Positions 27,789 through 36,277 of a stretch of DNA of 64,000 nt are shown here, piece by piece. The stretch comes from Candidatus Nomurabacteria bacterium (GTDB lineage: Bacteria > Patescibacteriota > Minisyncoccia > Phycocordibacterales > UBA9973): the NCBI GenBank assembly GCA_021413905.1, contig JAIOPO010000005.1:146957-210956 (forward strand), given 5' to 3'. The first letter of the stretch is position 1, and the number at the start of each line of letters is the position of its first letter. The notes below the pieces were generated by a model. The model saw only the letters and a list, made by a program, of their open reading frames with translations. It did not search any database and was not told the origin of the DNA. The position numbers and the translations under genes were made by a program.

Positions 27789-27988
27789 GACCTAACCCCG
27801 AAAGGCCTTGTGGCTTCTCGGATATGGTCAAAAAACCGCTACAGTATAAAAGACTCCTCGTCAGAGTCACTGTAGCGGTCGTATCCGGAAACGGGTATGG
27901 GTTTAGCCGAAAGGCTGAATCGCGATGGCGAGGAGTCTTTTATCAACGAGACTCTTGGTTCATTCGTAAAACAAAACCGCTACAGTGT
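27789..27988 (+). ncRNA. Conserved structured leader RNA motif, copy B
   Basis: GACCTAACCC..GATATGGTC; X=ACCGCTACAGT at 27835 and 27976, antiX at 27869; GTATCCG-GAAA-CGGGTAT; ACTCCTCGTCA/TGGCGAGGAGT stem then T-run; TATAAT upstream. Confidence 0.8.
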
Positions 27989-28459
27989 ATGAATGACCTC
28001 AACAAGTTTTTTGCCACCACAAGTGGCAAGTGTGCGTTCGCAATCATTTTTTTAATAATCGGTTTCTTCGGCGGTATGCAGTACAAGGCATACCAGATCA
28101 AGAGCGTCATCACTGATTCGCTCATGCCTGCGATTACGAGCAGTTTGGATGACGCGAGAACGAAAGCGAGCGACGCGAAAATCCGTGCAATCGTTTCGTC
28201 CGCTCGGGCACAAGGCGAACTGTATTACTCGTCTGGCGGCAACGATACAACCTACAAGGGAGTTTGTTCTGATTCTGAATTTACGCATTTGATTGATGGC
28301 GCGAATAGCACGCCGACCTGTAACGAAGCCAGAGACGGTTCCGCATGGGCAGTCGCCATTCCAATGAGCGACTCATCAACCTATGCTTGTTCTGATTCCA
28401 CTGGCGCATCCATCGTCATTAATTATCCGCTCGGTTCCGCTAGTTCTTGCACGAAGTAG
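27989..28459 (+). CDS. Type IV pilin-like protein lacking the prepilin cleavage motif
   Basis: SLDDARTKASDAKIRAIVSSARAQGELYY and C-terminal Cys pairs typical of CPR pilin heads; no GFTLIE. Confidence 0.6.
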   Translation: MNDLNKFFATTSGKCAFAIIFLIIGFFGGMQYKAYQIKSVITDSLMPAITSSLDDARTKASDAKIRAIVSSARAQGELYYSSGGNDTTYKGVCSDSEFTHLIDGANSTPTCNEARDGSAWAVAIPMSDSSTYACSDSTGASIVINYPLGSASSCTK

Positions 28460-28462
28460 TAT

Positions 28463-29167
28463 ATGAAAGACATCCAACAATTTCTTTCAACTATGACGGG
28501 TAAGGTTATTGCAATCGTTCTTGTCCTTGGAGTTGGTCTGTTCATCGGATCGCGCGGGGCGACGCACAAAAACGAGCCTGTCACGGAAACACAGACACAA
28601 GTTGCGGTCGCCGATTCGACCCCGACCGCTCCTGTCGCCGTAGCCGAGACCGCGCCGATTCAGAAAACGACTGCCACTCCGAAAAAATCCGCTCCAGTCG
28701 CGCCCACTCCCGCACCAGTCATCACTCAGCCTGATCCAAAACCGGCACCATCAAAATTGCCAACGCGCATCGACGGCCTCGCAAGCATCAACCCGCTCGC
28801 CGCGCTTCAAGAAAATTGGGATACAGATATCGAGAAGGACGGTCCTGTCATAGATATCTCGTACCTCGATAGCAACGGCGACATGATTTCAAACGATGCC
28901 ACCGCCAAGATGCCCATCTCGGCGGATGTGAAGCTCTACGCCGGAAGCGATCCGCTTTCCAAGAAAACAAAACTTGTTTACTCCGGTCATTTTGATTCCA
29001 ACCAGATCGTCTACAATTTTTCTCCGAAGATTCGCATTCCCGAAGAACAAATAAACATCGATCCGAATACCGATTATGATATCGGACTTGCCACTGTCAC
29101 CATCCACACTCCCGAGCAAGGCGACTTCTCGGCAACTGATTCATTCGTAGTTCTCTACGAGAAGTAA
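28463..29167 (+). CDS. Membrane-anchored protein with Pro/Ala/Thr linker
   Basis: N-terminal TM, PAT-rich stalk, beta-rich C-terminal domain. Confidence 0.75.
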   Translation: MKDIQQFLSTMTGKVIAIVLVLGVGLFIGSRGATHKNEPVTETQTQVAVADSTPTAPVAVAETAPIQKTTATPKKSAPVAPTPAPVITQPDPKPAPSKLPTRIDGLASINPLAALQENWDTDIEKDGPVIDISYLDSNGDMISNDATAKMPISADVKLYAGSDPLSKKTKLVYSGHFDSNQIVYNFSPKIRIPEEQINIDPNTDYDIGLATVTIHTPEQGDFSATDSFVVLYEK

Positions 29168-29170
29168 TAT

Positions 29171-29473
29171 ATGGTCTACGCAATTCTAATTTTCGCTCTC
29201 TACTTTCTTCCGTCCATAAACGCGTACTGGAAAAAGAAACGTAATAAAAGTGCAGTGCTGACGCTCAACTTCTTTCTCGGTTGGACTGTCATCGGGTGGA
29301 TCGTTGCGCTCATTTGGTCGTCCACCAATGACGCTCCGGCGACTGTTGTCATCGAAAAGAATACGCCAGTTAAAAGTACTTCAAACGAATTGGTCGAACT
29401 TCACGCGCTCAAAGAAAAAGGTGTCATTACGCACGAGGAGTTCGAGGCTGGTAAAAAGAAAATTCTAGGGTAA
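29171..29473 (+). CDS. Superinfection immunity (T4 Imm-like) protein with C-terminal SHOCT
   Basis: LYFLPSI.A...LNFFLGWTVIGWIVALIWS; ELVELHALKEKGVITHEEFEAGKKKIL. Confidence 0.88.
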   Translation: MVYAILIFALYFLPSINAYWKKKRNKSAVLTLNFFLGWTVIGWIVALIWSSTNDAPATVVIEKNTPVKSTSNELVELHALKEKGVITHEEFEAGKKKILG

Positions 29474-29507
29474 TATCAAGAATATCTAAAGAAAAAGTAA
29501 AGAAAAT

Positions 29508-30191
29508 ATGAAGACCAAAATCGTAGCAATCTCAATACTCATACTGTCCATATTCGGAGCAACTCCTGCACTGGCTACTTTTGGTATTCAAACTAAGACG
29601 AGCCACTGTGTTGCTGGAGCGACTCCCGACACCGCTTGTTCACCGGGTGCGGTTCTCACTACCGATGCAAATATCGTTTGCGTTTCCGGCTACACAAAGA
29701 AAGTCAGAGACGTTACGACTGCAACCAAGAAAAAGGTGTTCAAGGAATACGGACTCGCATGGAGTACTCGCTCGAATTATGAAGTCGATCACATCATCTC
29801 GCTTGAACTCGGCGGTTCAAATGACATTTCAAATCTCTTTCCAGAGTCGTACACTATATCGAACGGCGCACGCGTGAAAGACACTCTCGAAAACTATCTC
29901 CATTCCCAAGTCTGCTCTGGTGCGATCTCACTCACCGGCGCTCAAAAAGCAATCTCCGGCGATTGGACTGTTGCATACCAAAATTGGAAGAACCCGAAGT
30001 CTGCCGCGAAAACAGTGCAGACAAAATCGACCCAGACGACTATGCCATCCACCGATCCTGCCGTAAAGAAAAGTACCTCCGGTATCTGTCATGCAAGAGG
30101 TACGCGCTACTATGCTTCAACGACTCACTTCACATCCTACACCACCGTCCAAGCTTGCCTAGACAGCAGAGGACGGCTACCATTGAACTAG
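29508..30191 (+). CDS. Secreted HNH-like nuclease domain protein
   Basis: Signal peptide; YEVDHIISLELGGSNDISNL; C-terminal VKKSTSGICH. Confidence 0.75.
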   Translation: MKTKIVAISILILSIFGATPALATFGIQTKTSHCVAGATPDTACSPGAVLTTDANIVCVSGYTKKVRDVTTATKKKVFKEYGLAWSTRSNYEVDHIISLELGGSNDISNLFPESYTISNGARVKDTLENYLHSQVCSGAISLTGAQKAISGDWTVAYQNWKNPKSAAKTVQTKSTQTTMPSTDPAVKKSTSGICHARGTRYYASTTHFTSYTTVQACLDSRGRLPLN

Positions 30192-30193
30192 AC

Positions 30194-30739
30194 ATGTCCA
30201 CTTTCACTATCCCATTTCCTGAATACGACATCGCAGAAATTCTACAAAAAGAATTCTCGAAGAAAGAGAATTTTTCCGTTGCCATTCCACTGTCCCGTCA
30301 GCAGAAATTCTACGATCTGCTTCTTGTAAACGGAGCGACAAAGAAATCCGTCACCATCCAAGTCAAAAGCTCACGCACCTACCTCGGCTCTCCAAAGAAC
30401 GAGTACCAGTATTACTCATGGCTCAATTATTTCGATATCAAAGACAATTACAGCGACTTCTACTTCGTCTACATGACGTATCCTCAGCTCGACAAGGACT
30501 TCACGCCCCGCGCGAAGTGGGAGCGCATGATCCTCGTATTCAACCAGAAAGAAATGGTTGAACTGCTCAGTAACGTAAAAACCAAAGCCGGAAAGCAGGA
30601 ACGCTTTTTCTCTTTCGGATTGAACGTGACCGACGGCAAGATTTATGGAGCACGCGGATTCGGACATCTCGACAAGAAGGAATTCTCAAAAAATCTGCTC
30701 GCGAACAAAATCGGAGAAATTCGAAAGAAGCTCAGCTAG
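30194..30739 (+). CDS. PD-(D/E)xK-like nuclease
   Basis: E...YDLLL...TIQVKSSR; start taken at ATG 30194. Confidence 0.65.
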   Translation: MSTFTIPFPEYDIAEILQKEFSKKENFSVAIPLSRQQKFYDLLLVNGATKKSVTIQVKSSRTYLGSPKNEYQYYSWLNYFDIKDNYSDFYFVYMTYPQLDKDFTPRAKWERMILVFNQKEMVELLSNVKTKAGKQERFFSFGLNVTDGKIYGARGFGHLDKKEFSKNLLANKIGEIRKKLS

Positions 30740-32194
30740 TTAACCAAACAACAACCCCGGCTTCTTGCCGTATTTTTCAATAATCTGAATCATGGAGATG
30801 GAGAAAGCGTCCACGAGGTCGTCATGGTTCTCCTTGCCGAAGCCGACAAGTTCGTCAATGAGTTCACCGCAACCCTCATTGTAAAAGAAAACCTGCTTTT
30901 TCTTGATCGGCACCGCCGCGATTCGCAGACGCGACGCCTTGTCGGTGACACTCGGCACGCCAATGATGTCGTGGCTCTCCTGCATAAGCTGGACGATGGC
31001 TTCTTGCATGCCGTTGTTTTCCATGAATACTTTGACGGGTACTTTGTTTACCTGCTCCGCGGCAATGGAGTTTTTTAGATGTTCGAGAAGTTCCTTTACT
31101 CCGACTTTCGTATGGAACGGATATGGCTGAACGTACACGCGGAGGTTGTCGCCTCGGTTGTAAACATAGAGAACAACAAAGGCCGGAAAGTCAGCACTCT
31201 CTTTTTGCGAGATGGCGAGGTCTACGCCGATACAGATGCGATCCGGCTTTCCTTTTGGAAGCTCATCGTAGTACTGGATGTCATCAAGCGTTACAATCTG
31301 TTCCTCGCTCGCGACAATCTTCAGCATGTACTCACGCAACCATGCGATTTCATCCATCGTCTTTTCATGCTCGGCTTCAATCGACTCCGGCGTTGGATAT
31401 TTACTCGGCCATAACGGAACGCCTTTCGCATCGACGATTGGGTATTCGCGAAAAACAGGGTTCATACTTTTCAGTTCGCCCCGCTCAATTTTCTTTTCGA
31501 GCCGTCTGAGCACGGAGTCCTCGTGAAGCAAGTTACCGACGGCTATAATACGAGTCTTTTTCGTACCGGCAGGTATTACGTCTCCTGTCAGCCAGTTGAA
31601 CGTCTTGTTACGACCCTCTCTCGTTCGCACCGAATCCAAGTCCTCGATGTCGTCAAGGATGATGAGGTCGGGGCGGTGTTGGTTGTGCCTTGCACCGCGA
31701 ATACTTTGTTCGGTCGAACAGATCATGATCTTCACATTCAGTTTCTTTATGATTATCGCCGTCGCGTTGCCGAGACTGTTCCGCTCTTCCTCAAATGGTC
31801 CTAAGTCTTTTTTCAGAAGCTCGTTGTGCAAAAGTTGCTCCTTTATATTCGACAAGTGTTGTCGGGCTTTCTGCTCGGTCTGACCGCACAAGACAATGAA
31901 CTTTTTCTGCTGTACGCCGAGTATCGACCACAGAACATATGCCGTCGAGACGAGCGTGGATTTTGCCGAGCCACGGAACGCAACAATGACGGCAAGCTTG
32001 ATCTTGTCGTCTTCAAGAATACGGAACATCTCCTCGTGAAAAGGCGCAGTCTCATACTCCATGTATTGAGACATGTATATCGGGAAGAAGAACTCGAAGC
32101 TGTTGCGGACGACTTCCTTGCGGAAGCGTTGATCCTTGAGTATCTTGCCGAAGATGTCGTCCGAGCTATTCTCTTTTTTGCGTTTTTTTGACAT
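30740..32194 (-). CDS. Phage terminase large subunit-like, E1
   Basis: AFRGSAKST (Walker A), IILDDIE (Walker B), IGVDLA, HDDLVDA nuclease motif. Confidence 0.88.
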   Translation of the reverse strand: MSKKRKKENSSDDIFGKILKDQRFRKEVVRNSFEFFFPIYMSQYMEYETAPFHEEMFRILEDDKIKLAVIVAFRGSAKSTLVSTAYVLWSILGVQQKKFIVLCGQTEQKARQHLSNIKEQLLHNELLKKDLGPFEEERNSLGNATAIIIKKLNVKIMICSTEQSIRGARHNQHRPDLIILDDIEDLDSVRTREGRNKTFNWLTGDVIPAGTKKTRIIAVGNLLHEDSVLRRLEKKIERGELKSMNPVFREYPIVDAKGVPLWPSKYPTPESIEAEHEKTMDEIAWLREYMLKIVASEEQIVTLDDIQYYDELPKGKPDRICIGVDLAISQKESADFPAFVVLYVYNRGDNLRVYVQPYPFHTKVGVKELLEHLKNSIAAEQVNKVPVKVFMENNGMQEAIVQLMQESHDIIGVPSVTDKASRLRIAAVPIKKKQVFFYNEGCGELIDELVGFGKENHDDLVDAFSISMIQIIEKYGKKPGLLFG

Positions 32195-32591
32195 GGTTTC
32201 TAATCGACGAGAGCTTCAACGCCGCCTTTATTTGCTTCCGTTCCTCCTTAGTGAGTGCTTCTTCCTCCGCAAGTCCTTTCACTTCGAGCGTGTCGCCGTA
32301 GCGATCGCTGTGCGTCTTCAGATACAAAGCAATAGCCTTAAACTCCTTGTCGCCGATGAGCGAGAAGAGCTGGGTTTCCGCGATGTCGCACATGAAATTG
32401 CGGCCTTCTTCAAGCGCGGCATCCATCGCTTTCTCGAAGGACTTCTTCTCCTTGACCCATCGGTAAATGGTCGCGCGGGAGAGCTTCACCTTTTGGCACG
32501 CCTGCTCTATCACCGGCGTGCGTTTCAGTTGCTCGATGAACGCCTCCTTGAGCGCATCCTGCCGAGCTTTAATTGAATCTTTCCTACTCAT
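32166..32591 (-). CDS. Terminase small subunit-like HTH protein, E1
   Basis: IEQACQKVKLSRATIYRW HTH, AETQLFSLI...AIALYLK; overlaps TerL. Confidence 0.75.
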   Translation of the reverse strand: MSRKDSIKARQDALKEAFIEQLKRTPVIEQACQKVKLSRATIYRWVKEKKSFEKAMDAALEEGRNFMCDIAETQLFSLIGDKEFKAIALYLKTHSDRYGDTLEVKGLAEEEALTKEERKQIKAALKLSSIRNHVKKTQKRE

Positions 32592-33348
32592 ATATTTTTT
32601 CGACTTTTAGCTTGGTAAGTTTTTCCCATCGGTCGATGATGGTCTGGCAGTACTCGGTGTCCATCTCGACTCCGATACAGATGCGCTTCGTCTGCTCGCA
32701 GGCAAGGAGCGTCGTGCCACTTCCGAGGAAGCCATCGAACACGACATCGCCGATGCGCGTGCTGTTGAGTACGAGTTGGCGTATTAATCCAATTGGCTTC
32801 GTCGATGGATGCCAAGGACTGCGGTTCGGTCGCGGATGCACGATGACGCTCTTGTCTTTCGATTTGAGAAATTCGTGCGTGCCGTACCATCCGTAGGCGA
32901 TCAGTTCGTGTTGCGGTGCGTAGTCCATGCGACCGATGACGGCATGCGTTTTGACCCAGATGAGCAGTTGCGTGAACTTCATTCCGGCGGCAAGCATGCC
33001 GTTACGAAGCGCGAATATCATCTTGTCGCAGTTGAAGATGTAGAAGGCGTTCTTGCGTTCGAGATGCGGTCGAATTGCTTCGATCCAGTCACGAGAGAAT
33101 GCCTCATATTCGGCATCACTCTGCAAATGATCATTCGCGATTGTCTTGTCTTTGAGCAAAGGCTTGAGAGCTTTCTTACTTTCAGTCAGATTCACACCGT
33201 ATGGCGGATCTGTAATCACTGCCTTGATCTTCCTGTTAGCGACGAGTCTCGCGACCATGTCCTTGTTTCGGGAGTCCGCACAGAGAAGTAAGTGATTTCC
33301 GAGGCGAAAGGTATCGCCGTATTTAATTGAGTTTTGTGATTGGGTCAT
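32584..33348 (-). CDS. N4/N6 DNA methyltransferase (beta class), E1
   Basis: TDPPY, HPSTKP, FDGFLGSGTT. Confidence 0.92.
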   Translation of the reverse strand: MTQSQNSIKYGDTFRLGNHLLLCADSRNKDMVARLVANRKIKAVITDPPYGVNLTESKKALKPLLKDKTIANDHLQSDAEYEAFSRDWIEAIRPHLERKNAFYIFNCDKMIFALRNGMLAAGMKFTQLLIWVKTHAVIGRMDYAPQHELIAYGWYGTHEFLKSKDKSVIVHPRPNRSPWHPSTKPIGLIRQLVLNSTRIGDVVFDGFLGSGTTLLACEQTKRICIGVEMDTEYCQTIIDRWEKLTKLKVEKIYE

Positions 33349-34609
33349 TGGATATTTTCTTAAATCTGTTAATGATTACTTGGCAGAACACGGGATCCCA
33401 CTCGCAGACGTACGCCGTGCGATTGAGCTGTTCGCATGCCGACAGCATGCTTCCCGAACCGGCCGTCATGTCGAGAACGATGTCGCCGGGCTTTGTACAC
33501 CTACGCAAAATTTTCTCGTGAATTGAGGGCGATTTTTGGGTCGGGTGTTCCATCTCACTTCCGGCCATACGCTTGACCATCCAGATATTGAGCAAGTCGA
33601 GGATGTCTTCGATGAGACGGTTGCCGGTACTGACTTCTTTGTTCTGAACCTCGTTGTAGTTCTTGACCTTGTCCGAGAGGTATGGACGACCCATCGTGCC
33701 GTAGACGACGAATTCTGTTACTTTGTTGAAAGCGTTTTTAGGCGTGGGCGAGGCGTTGTCCTTAATCCAAATACAGAGACGCTTCGAGTCAATCTTCAAT
33801 TCCTTGAACACTGTCTGAAAGAGCCAGACGTAGCGTTCGTCGCACCACCATGCCTGATGGCAGTCCGGCTTTGAGACGGCGAGCGCGTTCTGCATGATGA
33901 CCTGCACGAATGCGCGGTACGCATCGTCCGTCATATTGTCTTTGGTTTTGCCGCCATACCCACCGTTCTTTTTGCCGACACCTTTGTCGTAACTGAGATC
34001 AATGTTGTAAGGTAAATCCGTATCGACGAGGTCTGCTCTCGCGTCTCCCATTAATATCTTTGCCGTCTCGGGGAGCGTTGCATCCCCACAGATTAATTTG
34101 TGGCGACCGAGTTGGAATATATCGCCCATCTGTATCTCCGTCTCTTTCGCTTTCTCGACTTCATCCTCCTCGTTGAAGTTTTCGTTTGCTTCGACTTCGA
34201 GGTTGTCGTCGAAGATGTTACTCAAATCCATTGAGTCGAATCCGGCATTCAAGAGTTCGCCGAGATCGAAGTCTCGGGCGAGAGCCTCCCAGTCCCAAGA
34301 AGCCCCCGACCTATTTGACGTAAGTAGGTAGTCTTTGAACTCTGCCTCTGTTAATTTACGATTCGGTACGCGCACTTCAATTTCTTCCTCGCCTCTGCCA
34401 AGCAGGGAGAGCGCGAGGACGCGCTGATTACCGGCGACGAGCGTGCCGTCCGTGTTGATACATGGCAGTTCTGCGACGTTGAATTTTTTGAGACTGCGCT
34501 TGAGTCCTTCGAGTTGAACGGAGGAAAGCGTACGCGGATTTTTTGAATATGGTACGAGCGAATCCACTTTTCGCTTTTCTGTGTGCCATTCTAATTTTTG
34601 TTGAGACAT
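33323..34609 (-). CDS. ParB-N + DNA methyltransferase fusion, E1
   Basis: PYSKNPR, LVAGNQR; DTDLPYN, HPTQK, LDMTAGSGS. Confidence 0.88.
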   Translation of the reverse strand: MSQQKLEWHTEKRKVDSLVPYSKNPRTLSSVQLEGLKRSLKKFNVAELPCINTDGTLVAGNQRVLALSLLGRGEEEIEVRVPNRKLTEAEFKDYLLTSNRSGASWDWEALARDFDLGELLNAGFDSMDLSNIFDDNLEVEANENFNEEDEVEKAKETEIQMGDIFQLGRHKLICGDATLPETAKILMGDARADLVDTDLPYNIDLSYDKGVGKKNGGYGGKTKDNMTDDAYRAFVQVIMQNALAVSKPDCHQAWWCDERYVWLFQTVFKELKIDSKRLCIWIKDNASPTPKNAFNKVTEFVVYGTMGRPYLSDKVKNYNEVQNKEVSTGNRLIEDILDLLNIWMVKRMAGSEMEHPTQKSPSIHEKILRRCTKPGDIVLDMTAGSGSMLSACEQLNRTAYVCEWDPVFCQVIINRFKKISNDPITKLN

Positions 34610-34786
34610 AGGCTGTTTACTTTTGTTTCTTATTAATAAAGAAGACAAAATAAAAGCCGCATTTCTCGATAGAAAGACTTAACGTACCAACTCTTAAGTT
34701 GACGCGCTTAGGCTTTTATTCGAGTTATGCGGTTTACGTTCTAGACGTACACGGCCTAACTGGTTGTCTTTGTGCCAATCAATTCT

Positions 34787-35179
34787 CTAGGAGAACTGAG
34801 CGGCTATGAATTCTTGCACAAGATTCGGATACTTTTCGAGAACTTCGGAGAATTCCATTTCTTGAATAGTCTTGCCGAATTTCTCGCGCTCCGCGTCGTC
34901 CAGTATTCCCGTGAGGGAAGGGACTTCGTCGAAGCTTACTTCTTTCGGAAGGAAATCCGGATTGTTCCTGACTTCGTTCCCAATATATTTTTCGACTTTG
35001 GCTTTGGCGACAAGGTCGCCGGTTTCTCCATCAAAAAATGGTTTCTCTAATTCAATGAACATTGCACTCTGCGGTTTGGACAGCGAGAACTTTTTCTCTG
35101 AGAGATTTACCATGGGGTGTCGACTGCACTCCGCAACACTACCTCTTTTAATTTGGAGAGAAACTTTTTTCGCATCCAT
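34787..35179 (-). CDS. Hypothetical protein
   Basis: ORF with probable ATG at 35179 (MDAKKV...). Confidence 0.5.
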   Translation of the reverse strand: MDAKKVSLQIKRGSVAECSRHPMVNLSEKKFSLSKPQSAMFIELEKPFFDGETGDLVAKAKVEKYIGNEVRNNPDFLPKEVSFDEVPSLTGILDDAEREKFGKTIQEMEFSEVLEKYPNLVQEFIAAQFS

Positions 35180-35309
35180 ATTCCAATTATATGCGGCTCC
35201 GTGACATACGCAATCCCCGGGTGATCGAAACGACACGGTTAGAAACATTTGACAATACTTAGTGAAAAAGTAAAGTGTAAGATTTTTCCGACTCTAATTT
35301 TCAGAAAAA

Positions 35310-35990
35310 ATGCTAAAATATTTCTACATGCAATTCGACACAAGTCACTTACTCATCGGAATTTTGAAAGGAATGTGGGCGTTCAAAAAACTCTGGCTAC
35401 TCGCCGGAGGCGTTTTTCTCCTCGCGCTCGCGTTGCAAGTGGTGACCGATTTGCTCAACCGCAAAAGTAGAATTCGCTGGTTCTTCAGCAAGAAAAAGAT
35501 TTTAGATTTACAGCGACTCACTCCATCCGAGTTTGAATCGTACACAGCCGAGTTGTTTCGCTCCCTCGGTTACAAGACGCGAGTCGTCGGCGGTGTCGGT
35601 GACGGGGGCATAGATGTTGAAGCCGAGAAGGACGGAGTTGTCCACTACATCCAGTGCAAGAAGTTCATCACACGCCAAGTGCCGGTCGGTGCAGTACGAG
35701 ACTTCTACGGCGCAATTGCCGACAAGTTAAACGGAGGGAAGGGTTACTTCATTACCACAAACATCTTTACTCTGGATGCCGAGAAATTCGCCGAGGGTAA
35801 GCCGATTGAACTCGTCGACAGATTCAAGCTCATGGACTACCTGCGTCTCGCCAAGGTCGATGCGCCTGTCGGCACCACCAGTTCTGTCTGTCCGAAGTGC
35901 GGCGGACGGCTCGTTGAGCGATCCGGCAAATTCGGTCGTTTCCTTGGCTGTTGCAATTACCCGAAATGCTCTTATACTGTAAAGGCGTAG
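35310..35990 (+). CDS. Mrr-like restriction endonuclease with TM helix and topoisomerase-type Zn ribbon
   Basis: EFE..AELF..LGY, GDGGIDV, IQCKK, CPKCGG...FLGCCNYPKC. Confidence 0.88.
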   Translation: MLKYFYMQFDTSHLLIGILKGMWAFKKLWLLAGGVFLLALALQVVTDLLNRKSRIRWFFSKKKILDLQRLTPSEFESYTAELFRSLGYKTRVVGGVGDGGIDVEAEKDGVVHYIQCKKFITRQVPVGAVRDFYGAIADKLNGGKGYFITTNIFTLDAEKFAEGKPIELVDRFKLMDYLRLAKVDAPVGTTSSVCPKCGGRLVERSGKFGRFLGCCNYPKCSYTVKA

Positions 35991-36240
35991 AGGGAGGGTT
36001 TGCATTTTAGAAAACACTTTTGAAATCCGTCAAGACCGTTTTCACCCTCTAAAATTTGTAAATGAGACAGTGCTGAAAACCGCGTTTTTGTGTCTCATCT
36101 GTAACATTCACAAATATGAGACCGCGACCCACAAAGCTAATTTTAACGGGTGCGAGTATCCGAAACAACCCTTGTGGGGGTTGGGAGTCTGGGTACCGTA
36201 CCCACGTACACCGCCATTGACAGGTAGCACGAGATGCACA

Positions 36241-36272
36241 CAAAAAGCACCTACTAGGTGCTTTTTGTGTTT
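36241..36272 (+). terminator. Intrinsic terminator
   Basis: CAAAAAGCACCT-ACT-AGGTGCTTTTTG. Confidence 0.75.
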
Positions 36273-36277
36273 AATAA

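Larger units (their letters stand above)
16035..36125. mobile_element. Integrative element E1 (serine recombinase, terminase-methyltransferase module, defence and zinc cargo)
   Basis: Starts at tRNA-Ser 3' end and ends at GAGACCGC (36118-36125). Visibly more GC-rich than the host. Same backbone order as E2 and E3. Confidence 0.8.

Noticed and set aside
27789-27988. Leader RNA as a c-di-GMP-I riboswitch, T-box or tRNA
   Set aside because: It shares only the GAAA/receptor feature. The receptor hairpin precedes the tetraloop, and the GCAAA/GGG, T-box and tRNA consensus motifs are absent.
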